Below, piece after piece: positions 53,801-64,000 of a stretch of 64,000 bases of DNA. The notes under the pieces were generated by a model that saw nothing but the letters and a program-made list of their open reading frames with translations, was not told where the DNA came from and did not search any database. Origin of the DNA: Phoronis australis (lineage: Eukaryota; Animalia; Phoronida); NCBI GenBank assembly GCA_002633005.1, contig NMRA01000199.1, positions 530,637 to 594,636 of the forward strand. The letters run 5' to 3'. The first letter of the stretch is position 1; each line of letters opens with the position of its first letter. The position numbers were made by a program, and so were the translations under genes.

Positions 53801-56800
53801 ACCAAGCAGTTAAAAATAACTAGTTTCATTGTATGATATTGAATTTATTTGAGCCTGTGTTTTATTGCTGTAAAGCCATCACTACACTTATGCCCAACTC
53901 TACACAAAAGGAACTTGGATCAGTGCTAGCGATTAGCAGCATTGATGACGCCAGCAATTGTACAATGAAAGCTGTTAATGGAGTACAGGGTGCTGTGAAA
54001 TGGATCGAATTTATAGTGAGGATGGCACATCACACTTCTGAGATGAGTCGAACAAGTCGAGAACCAAAAAAATTATGAATAGCAAGAGTCGTGTAGGCAC
54101 GCGGCATTGTGGGTAAATACCATAGAATTAGAGAGGGCGCTGTTGTATCCTTGGTAGTGGTTATTAACTCGTTAATCACATCCTCGTGGGTAGTATTATG
54201 TCAAATGTTGGCAACGTGGTAAGTCGAGTTGTTGTTACAGTGATATTCTGGCCACACCCTTTCAGATTCAGGACCGAGGAGCGCAGATATTGAGCTGCCT
54301 GTTTGACCAATGGGATGGCAATAAAAACCGCATTCAGTCACTTGACGTATCTTGCAACTGCATCGGTAAACACCACATTGGTTAACATGGATGTTGTTTT
54401 TAATGTTTTGTTCTTCATGATTCAAGTTTCCGCGACTGCGCTGCATGTCATATTCAAATGGTCTTGAAAGTTTACAAAATAAGTTAACGTTATTCACACG
54501 GTGATTTGATTCCAATTTGAATTCACATATTCATCATCATCTTTCCTGGTAAGTTTGCCCGGGCTACATATATTGTTGTAACGTTGCCAAGCAAGTATCA
54601 TCTGTTGCTATAGCAACATTTTCAAATTCACATTGCCTGTTGCAGGTGCCAAAGGTGTGTCTGGTTTGCTGAAGGCTCTTGTCTCCGGTGGTAGTCTTAC
54701 TCGGCTAGATGCCAGCGATCAGAAGCAGAGGCATTTCTCTGAGAATGACCTTATGGGCATATTCAGGAAGCTTGCCTCAATTCTAGGTCTGTTTTACTGC
54801 CAGTCCAAGACATCAATATTCACGTTGCCTGTCTTATGATGTATAATGTGTTTTAAGCAGTTCAAACGCTTCCCTGTTTGACAGGCTGTGTTGTAAGGAA
54901 ATGACAGTGCAACTGTCTGGTGAAACAACATTTTATGCTTTTGTATCAAATCTCTTACAGTCACGTTGGAATTTGGATTGCCTCATCCTTGTCTTATATG
55001 CACTAAAAGCAGATTACTGTAGATTTCCATGTGACCTTGTCAGGATTTTTTTTCTCAAAAACATCTATTTGCAGACTGAAATTAATTTGTGTCCAGAAAG
55101 CCCTCAGGGGCTCTTTCTGAACAAAAGAAGTGGGGTTCTTTTGATAACTTGTATTAGCTACCATAGCCTCATTGGACTTGAAATGAAAAAACCTGTATTA
55201 ATCAATTAACGTTGAGCTCTTAGCTGCAATTTGTGGTAGTGGTTTGAATTCGTCACCATTTTGAGTGATTGACACCCTCTTATTGGACAAGATATAAACA
55301 TATTAAGTGAATCGGGTAACGTAGAAGAGTTGTATGGTGGCACCTTTGTTTACATTTCATGGATAAACTTGAAGTAGCTATCCCTTTAAATACCAATTGT
55401 GAAAAAATCATAGCACTTATCACATTTTTCATACCTTCTTACCATGGTAAAAATACACAAAGATCTTGAGAGAGCCTCTATAAGCAGGGCTTTTTGGGTC
55501 CTTGTTTCCACAAGACCCCCCATGGTGGTTTTTGTTTAGGGGGGGGACTCTTTTGGAAATTCCTGATATAGCTGAAAATAGACTGTGGCTCTGTCTTGTA
55601 ATGATAGGGACTTAAAAGAACCAGTTTTTCAAGTAGTACTATATTCATGGCACTAGAATCTTGAAACCAGCTCAGTTGACTTTCCAATTTGAATTTGAGT
55701 TGTTGCTATCTTGTAATAGTATTGCTTAAGGGAATGTAAGCGTCTGTGATTTTTGTGTGCCATTGTACCATGTGTTGTTGAAGATTGGTATCAATAGCAT
55801 AAGTATCATTCACCTTTAAATTTGTAAGTTTTCTGCATATACGAGAACAGACGTCTTGTAATTTTGTTATTTATGCTGCGTGTTTGCTGCAGGGTTTGGT
55901 ATGCGTACCTATGAATCTCTGCTGGTACGGGGCAGCTGTGACATCCCTCCTCGAATACCTGCAGAGTTGAGTGTCGACGTCTCCCAGCCGCAACGTCTTG
56001 GAGACAAAGAGTACCTCTGCTTCAATGGAGGTCAGTTATTAACCAAAATAAAGCCACAGTCTGCAAGCTTTTAGTAAGCGTCCATGTATTTGTGTGGTCA
56101 CATGCAGATGTGTTCCTGTCCTATTGTCTGGCAGTCCACTTGGTATCTCAAAAACCCCCTGGGATCTTGATGAAGGTTGGCTCAATGATGTAGGTCATCA
56201 CTAGGGCAGTGCATATCACTTTTCACTCTGTCCCAGATTGATGGATTTCGATGAAACTTGACACAGAGATCTATATGTGACGGCAATGCCCAGTAGCACC
56301 AGTCAATTTTTGGGGGATTTGGCCATTGCAGCACCCTCTGTTGACCATTTTGACCCCGACAAGGGGTTCTTCGCTATTTTTGTAAGAAGAGCGTTGAATG
56401 ACATCTAGAATGCCGCTTGATGGGTTTTAGTGAAATTTGACACGGGATTATGCATTGGCAATGTGCCAGCACCAGTCAATTTGTGGGCAGATTCAACCAC
56501 TGCTGCACCCCCTGTGGCCATGTTGTCCAGTCGTCTGCTCCATATCTCAAAAAAACCCTGGTCTTATTTTGACAAAATTTGCTACAGTGGTACACACCAT
56601 CAATAGGGTGGTGGAGGCCACTTTTTAATCTGTCCTTCCCCATGGCCAGGGGGGTAGGAATTTTGTTATTTTTTATGCAAGGACATTGCTGGATGATGTC
56701 TAGAGAACTGATTTACAAATTTTAATGATATTTCATACAGTGGAGGTATGTGATGGCAGTGCACCATCACTGGTTGCTTTATGGGCAAATTTGGCCACCT

Positions 56801-59800
56801 GTCGAATGGTTTTGATATTACGAAATGAATTGAATGAATTGACCTTGTCAATAGGCAGCAGAATGTGATTATTAGAAGCGGTTTTTGTGCAGTCGGGGAT
56901 GCCTGATATTGGCCGCTTAGACATTCCAGTTCACTTCATTTCAAGAGAAAGGGATTAATTAATAAACACTATTACTCTATCTCTGAATTAATGAATTCTT
57001 AGCCATACCTTGCCACAGTGTGTACAGTTTGTCTCAATATTGCAAGAGGCTATAGAAATTTTGTATAAAAAAGGTAAACAACACTGAGCAGATTGCCAAT
57101 TTACATACGGTGTCCTTAAATAAGTTTAACCATGTAAGCTCTAAGTATAGAAATTGTCATTCTCAGTGCAATTTACATATTAGGTTACATCTAGTATCTG
57201 TTTTCAATATGTGATGTTAATTGTTGGTCTCGGCTTAATGTCTAAATGAAGTTGGGCTTGCATTATTCCCCTCATTTTGAAGGTTTCCTCGGCCAGGTGC
57301 TAGATAGCCAAGCCATAGTGACCGGCTTCAGCAAGTTCACTAGACCATACCTCAGTCTTAACCAGGCACTTCAGCTAGCCATGGGCCTAGGTCACCCTGC
57401 CTCTACCGATGGAAGGTTTATGACGGACACTGGGCATTGGAGACAGTTCATTCAGCTGGGGCAAGAGGAACCCCCCAGGTGGCTTCAGGTGTGTTATGTA
57501 GTACCTTCATTTCTGAACAAAGTCATTGTATGGTAAAATCTCGCCAATTTAGGAGACAATTTGGCCGACAGTCATTCTCACATTTTTTCATGAAAAATAT
57601 GTTAGCATCAAATTAATGCTTAACTCTGTTCAAGTTCTGTGGCCTGTTTCGGCTAAGAAAACTGGCTTAACTTAGTCAAATTTTAAACTGAAATTAATTT
57701 TTAAGATAAGACTTAAGTTTGTCTCGTGTCTATTCCAAGAAACTGATCTGAAGTTTTTGGCTTAAGTTTGATGCATCTTAAGAGATATGGAAGTTTCGAA
57801 GTTTGAAGATTGAGACAAATCTTAGACTTGAGTCAAAAATGAAATTAGTTTGGTTTCGTGGAAAGGGCCCCTGTACCATAGCCACCATTAGAAAATATTT
57901 TGATAAAATGTGGGCATTCACAAAAAAGTTAGAAGACTTTGAAAAAAGAAAAATGGTAATTTTGGCTCTATTTTTGTCTAAAATCGTTGAGATTTTTGTC
58001 AGGTATGTTCCCTTGTTGGACCAGTATACAGGTTATGGTTATATCGGTCCTCATTTGTGTGTCTGTGCATTTTGCCAAAGATTTTCAAAATAGTAGATTT
58101 TGACTCGGTGATGATATGGAAAGCCTGTAGAATTTGATTTCAGTGTGTACCAAATTTCTTGCATTAATTGTTTATTTATTAGAAGTTAATAAAAATATAC
58201 ATTAATAGCAAAACAATTATTTAGTAACACGATCAAATTTTATTATCATGTATAATAACATCAAGTTATCTGTGATGTCATCGTATGTTTACCAGCTGTC
58301 AGTCATCCTAAGTTGCGTTTGAAAAATGACAACAGTACCACTTTTGAGTTTTTTCATGAAAACCATAAAATTTCTATTGTTTGATAGCTGTACGTACTGA
58401 ACTGCAATATTCTAAAAACAATTCATAACAGAGTTATATGGAGCAGTGCATATAGCGTTGTATCTGAAAGTTTTGTATGAATCCAATCAACCATTTCTGG
58501 ACATGCAGTTTCGTGGAGTCCGAGGTAGTCTTAATTCAGATACTTGACTTTTGCTTTTAGGATATACAGAGCCGTGACAAGCTGCGGCGTCTGCTCTACG
58601 TGTCCAACATGGGTAGTAAGGTGTCGTACAACAAGTTGAAGGCCATGTTGAGAGAGTATGGCTGCGAGATTCAGCACTTTCACCTGATCAGGGTAAGGAC
58701 ACTGTCTGGTCACTCTGACCATGAAAGTATGAATACTGTAGGTGCTGCATCAGCACCTGGGGGTGTTTGTATAATGAAACTGGTGTATGTTATTAAATTG
58801 GTCTGTGTCTTATAAGTTTCTAATTTTTGTGTAAAGTTGTTCCTTTTTGTTGGTTTTTAATATTTAATTAGTTGTCCTGAGATGGCCTTGATACTAGTCA
58901 TTTGCACCCTCCAAAAACCCGAAATGATTTCTTAGACCTGCCCTCCTTCATAAAAACAAACTTGATTTAAATAATTTACCAGTGTGTAATTGGTGTCAAA
59001 TTGTTTTCAGCCAAAATAGATGTGATTTGTGGGGTTGGGAGTAACTAACAGTTGGTTATTGCCTGAGACAAGGCTCTACAAGTCACGTCATGTCACGCCA
59101 TGTCATTTAATTTGCAAAGCATGGTCTCAAGCAGTAGTGAACTGTACGTTCTTCTTAAGACCAAAACTCACTTCTTGTCGTTCTAACGTTTAGCAAAAAA
59201 AAAGAAAGCTATACAGCAAAACAATGTTTAGTATCAATAACATTACCAAATTTCATTTGAAATGAAGGTGTAAGATGAAATCTCAATGTTGTAGTTTTTT
59301 TGTTTCATTGTTGTTTTACGCCAGTTTTCATTTTTTTCAAAAAAATCAAAAAAGTCCTATTTTGATAGCCCTCCTGCAACAGAGGAAGATTTTAAAAACA
59401 ATTCCTGTCATAGTTTTGTAGAATAGCACATAAAGCAATGTTATGTTAAAGTGTCATGATGATTCAATACAATCAGCCATTTATGAGATATGATCTTCCG
59501 TAGTTAGCCAGATTTGGACATTTTCTTAATTGAGCACAGTTATTGCGTTGTGACAAAACTTTACTCATTGTGTTGTCCACATGATAGTACAACCTGCCTG
59601 ATGGGGAACTGAATGGAGTAGCTTGGCTGATGTTGGCTAAAGACATAGATGTAGAGAGGATTATGGAAATGTGCAGGGACGGCAGGGTGAGTGTGCGTGT
59701 GTCCTCATACAATTTTCCATGATACACTTGATGGGAAATTCAGCGACTCCAGGAAAAATATAGTTATGTCAGATTCTTACTTTTTGGGACACAATGTGAC

Positions 59801-61106
59801 GGGCTGAAAGAATTCCTGTTCGTTGAATTCCTGAATGAAAGGAAACTTCACTTGGTTGTTAGTATTTTGTATGTACGATAGAACTCAGACACTAAACAAA
59901 ATTAGGATATTTATTTTGTGCATTTACAGTAAGAATTTGATAGATGGCAATTTTAACAACACATTTGGTCCCAAGTTTTATGGTGGATCTCTATTAATAC
60001 TAATGGTTGGGAGTCGGTTAACATTTAACAGCTTTTGCCATTACGGCGTTTTCCCGTTGATCCAAACTTGTTCGATTCTGTAGCCCAACAACAATTTGGG
60101 AAGATGACCCTTGTAGCCAATATCTTACACAACTGATTAACTCTATTCTGGCATTTCTGAATTCCTCGTCAAATGCTGATCATGTTTAGTTCTTGAATCA
60201 CCAAAATCGCCCAACTACAACCGAAGTTACAACTATTACAATCCAGTCTTTCTGAACGTACCAATTTGCTCTGGGTTTGACTGTGTTGACATGTGGCCTG
60301 GTAGATAATTGGCCTGCCTGTTGTCATACAATACAAAAGACTGTGCTTGGCAAGTAACAAAGGAGCTAAATGTTATCACAGGCTCATAATCCTCTACGTC
60401 TGGTAAAGTCACTGAACGGGAGAACGCTGTCATGATTATTTTGTTAATAAATTGTGCTGTGAAATTTTGGATTGTCAACATAAAGCATTAATACAGTCCA
60501 TGCTTTAGTTGTGACTTGTTTCTTTGATTCACATCGTATGTATACCAAACTGTTCATAGAATGAGTACTTTGGAATGTACATGAAGCCCATTTGTTCAAA
60601 GGTCATTGATTTGGCTGTAGCTAAGATGGTCATAGTATGTTTTTGCAAAGCCAAGACTGCCTGTTGCATGAATGAAACGATTAGTACTGACGGAGGTAAA
60701 TGTGATAAAGTTCAAATTCAAGCTCACTCGCATGTATCACGTTGAAGCATTACTGAACAAAAAGTAAGACAGTCATCTTATCTTTGACTTTTTATGGTCT
60801 ACAAGAACCTGGGCCATCAACACTCTCAATGGGTAAAAATGTTTGTCGATAGCAACAAACTGTTTGGCGATTTAGCACTGTAGCCGGAAAAGGACGGTGA
60901 CACGTCTTTCAACCTTGCATGCCAGATATCCCTGATGTCCTTGACAACCAATTAGTGTTTTGTGGGTTTTATGGAACAAGTGAGGCAGTGACATTGGTGT
61001 GAAACATACATTTGTTTCCTTGTAGACAATAGTGGATGGTGAGCCAGTATTGTTCTCCCAACTTGAGCTCAAATTTGTGAAGGACCTCCAACATGTGATA
61101 AGGTGA
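36980..61106 (+). CDS. Gene B: paralogue of gene A; putative N-myristoylated protein with a very long disordered N-terminus, an RNI-like LRR solenoid and a C-terminal RRM-like domain (about 2439 aa, 17 coding exons; 3' end uncertain)
   Basis: Exons, all GT-AG with consistent phases and 7320 nt in total: 36980-41897, 42704-42867, 44419-44544, 47186-47322, 47918-48059, 48858-48983, 49948-50065, 50524-50718, 51413-51682, 52673-52899, 54266-54365, 54646-54786, 55893-56030, 57283-57488, 58561-58692, 59588-59686, 61026-61106 (TGA, or a donor at 61102). LRR examples: TLCWLDVSGNNLG, PLVTLKLSNNYIGDDG, TLHRLNLSHNKI. RRM-like motifs: LLYVSNMG and LNGVAWLML. Confidence 0.82.
43248..43600 (+). mobile_element. 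Degenerate dispersed repeat, possibly Helentron/DINE-like non-autonomous; related copy at about 62488-62700
   Basis: Both copies share TTTT...TGCCGTCATCTCCGT...CGGCATC heads followed by CATAAAATTTGG-type motifs; 56100-56925 has a similar texture. The family assignment is tentative. Confidence 0.35.
47398..47612. repeat. Degenerate tandem repeat with a unit of roughly 35-40 bp
   Basis: Recurrent GTACCC...GTGGTAGTGAGGATCCATTGA-like units. Confidence 0.6.
50720..51210. repeat. Degenerate minisatellite with a unit of about 30 bp, in gene B intron 8
   Basis: Recurrent TATTGCTGCAGGACCCTCTCTCTTTGTA-like units starting right after the exon 8 donor. Confidence 0.8.
53632..53714. repeat. Tandem repeat, about 4.5 x 18 bp
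   Basis: TGAGGGACAAAATAAAAC units. Confidence 0.95.
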
Positions 61107-64000
61107 GATCGTTTACTGAAGTGTAGTATTGTCATTGAACCATCTGTTGTTTCACTCTGGAAATGATGTCAATGTGTTTTTAACGAATCTCTAAGAGTTT
61201 CAAAAAATAGTTTTTTTAATAAGATTTTTTGGTTGTTGAGAATTATGTAAAGGTCAACACCGTGGTAGCAGGACTTTTTGTTGTGTACGTTTATTCAAAG
61301 GTCGTACTATTGCAGTCTGGAGAGCAGACCTAGCCTGTTATTGTTTGCGAGTAGCACCTTGGTAAAAAGTCTAGTTGGCGGGTCCTTATTCAATCCTTCA
61401 TATCTCCTACAAAAATGATCACACTTGGATGATATATACCTCAATCGAATCATCACTGTCTACTCTTTTCTCCTATGCTAAAATTATTTCGATTCAAATT
61501 TTATTTTCCAAAAATTCACTGCCAAACTTTGCATACGTGACAGAACAGAAATCTCTCGTTTCTTCACTGAAGCTGTTGAAATTCAGGTGCAATGACAAGG
61601 ACACCTAGCCTCGAAATGCGCAAATGCCGTACAAATACGAATTTGTGCCCGTTAAGTCATACACACATGCACATTATTTTGAGGTGAATGTGTGATGCCG
61701 TGCGCATGAATGCGTGATTTATGTTGTTGGGACAGATCCGGGAAAAGGCCAAAGAGGTAAGGGTATCCCATAAACGAAACATGAAATTTATGTGCATTGC
61801 ATTCATAGGTGTATGGAGGGGTCATTTTGGGGCATAATAGTGAAAAATGCAGGCACGTTACGAAAAAAATCAGGCAGATAAAATAAATATAATGGTAAAA
61901 CGATTAGTAGCCATCCCCAAACAGCACAGCCCAAATACGCTGGGCTGCATTTTACATGCATCTGCATTGATGAATTCCATCTAGATGAGCAGTGGCGTAG
62001 CGAGGAGGGCACTTGCCCCTGGGTGCCAACAGAGCAGGGGCAAAGAAATACTGCGAAAACGAGATTTGGGTTTGTACGGTACTTTAGTTGTAATTTACAA
62101 CGCTAGATGTTGATGCTGCTACTTTCTTTTAAAAAATGGCGCACACAAACGAGAGATTTCTAGCCTGTCACTTATAGCAAGTTTGTGGGCAAATTTTTGG
62201 AAAGTGAAAGCTTGAATCAGCATAGGAGTAAAGAGTGGACAATGACGAATCGATTGAGGTATATATTATCCACATGTGATCCTGTTTGTAGGAGCTATGA
62301 AGGATTAAATAGGGATACGGCAACTAGACTTTTACCAAATGGAAAGTGTGTAAAGATGTCTTGATTTATCCATGCTTTCTGTAAAAATGTGTACTTCTCT
62401 TTGAATTGCTTTTAATTCAGTTAGGACCAGAATGAAAATGAGTCCTAAAACAGCTTTTAAAATGTATATTGTGTTATTTTTAAATGGCTTTTGCCCATAT
62501 TTGTATGTGGGGGAATTGCCGTCATCTCCGTTTGGGCGTGCGGCATCTACAGCTGCTGTTTCTCCTAAACCCCTATCGTTATAGTTCTTTGACGAATTTA
62601 CATAAAATTTGGCAACTTATTTTGAGAGATGACGACACCTTCCCATATTTGGATTGGTTCAAGGTATTCAGAGCCATCTAATGGCCATTTTTATGATACA
62701 CCCCTAGAAGCACACTCTTTGCAGTGCAGTCGTGGGTGCATTTCAACCATGTTGCTCTTGTGAAACATCTCAATTTGAATCTCAAAGCATAATTTGGGAA
62801 ATTTCAGAAAAAAGCAGGCTGAGAAAGTTGATCACCAGTCAAAAGATATTCTCAAAGCTTTGCAACATTTGAGGAGGGTTTGTCCCGACTTGAAGACACC
62901 GCAGTTTGTAAAACTAGACAAGGTGTTTCTGCCACCGTCAAGATGGTGAGTGAGAGCTAATGTTGTCAGGAGATGAAGAATGGACACTAGAGTTCTAGAT
63001 GTGCAAGAAACAAAATAAAAATTCATCAATGTAGGACACTCGTTTTAAATTGTAACATGAAATTTTCGCTATTCCTGACTAAAAAGATAGAAATTTCAGA
63101 CCTGTAATAGACTCAATCACAATAGAGAAAAACATGTTTGGAATTAAGGAAAGTTCATCATGTGACTTGCGTTTCTCGAGGACCCCTGTTAGCATTATGA
63201 AGGTCTTGAATTTGGTGCCAGTTGTGAAGCTGCATTAGATTCAGCATAATGAATGACAGACTTGTAAGGACAGTCAACTACCTCAGTTTGAAATTTGTAC
63301 TAGGAACATTATGATAATTTGCCTTTCATTTAATAAATTTTATTTTGACTGTTGAAGATTGTTTTTCATTTCAACAATGCTCTGTTGTAATTGTTTGTTA
63401 AGGATGCAAGGCATTGGAGGTGTTGCTTGCGCTTTTTACGTGTGATTAAAACCCTCAATGTAATATAAAAATTGAGTGTTTATTAAATTAACTGTTCGAG
63501 TTGTTTAAAAAACATAAACCGTTTCATTTATTACAAATTTACACATTGAATACAATGGTCAAAGTTAAACAAAGCCATCACTGCAGCATCTTCATTGAAT
63601 GGAACTTAATGCAAACTTTGCTGTGAAAGACCAAATTGTACCGTTTCCAATGTCGTATAGGTCATCTAGTGCAAAATTTAGTATGTTTTATTATGGTCGG
63701 AAAGTCTAAGTGCATATTCTTGACAACAAAATGACGGAGTTTTCTTCAGAACAAGTTACCAAAAACTTAATCATGCTCAATAACCTTCAAGACGCGTCAA
63801 TTTTTAAAGTGCGTCGTAGTATCATTAAAGCGATAAGTGGGTTCTTGATTTGAAATTAAACTTAAGATTCAAAGTTTTGATAGTTTTAATGGTTTCTATG
63901 CTCTTAACAATTGCTGCTCACATAATGTTCAGGGTTGACTGTGATAACTTTTCATAAATGCTATGCACCATACTTTCAGAATTAAATATTCAAATGATTG

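Noticed and set aside
12091-61106. Calling genes A and B NLR (NLRC3-like) receptors
   Set aside because: No NACHT/NB-ARC Walker motifs or death-fold domain were found; the similarity is limited to RNI-like LRRs.

Overview
Eukaryotic, AT-rich, intron-rich DNA, probably from an invertebrate animal, with two assembly gaps (one N at 18726; 190 N at 23960-24149). The left part holds the first coding exon of an MCC ('mutated in colorectal cancer') homologue on the minus strand (8085-8233), followed by about 8 kb of intron. The rest is a head-to-head pair of paralogous genes that I assembled by hand from GT-AG sites and phase continuity. Gene A (minus, 28056 to 12091) has 18 coding exons and about 1176 aa. 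Gene B (plus, 36980 to at least 61106) has 17 coding exons and about 2439 aa. Both share an unusual architecture: an N-terminal MG-x-G-A-x-K myristoylation-type motif, a long low-complexity region encoded by one large exon, a ribonuclease-inhibitor-like LRR solenoid, a conserved linker and a C-terminal RRM-like domain. The roughly 9 kb between them is a patchwork of nested non-autonomous transposons with readable TIRs and TSDs. It includes a 435-bp RTE-type retroposon whose 5' end folds into an HDV-like ribozyme pattern with an atypical L3/P1.1. Gene models, domain calls and folds are by-eye inferences; no database searches were run.
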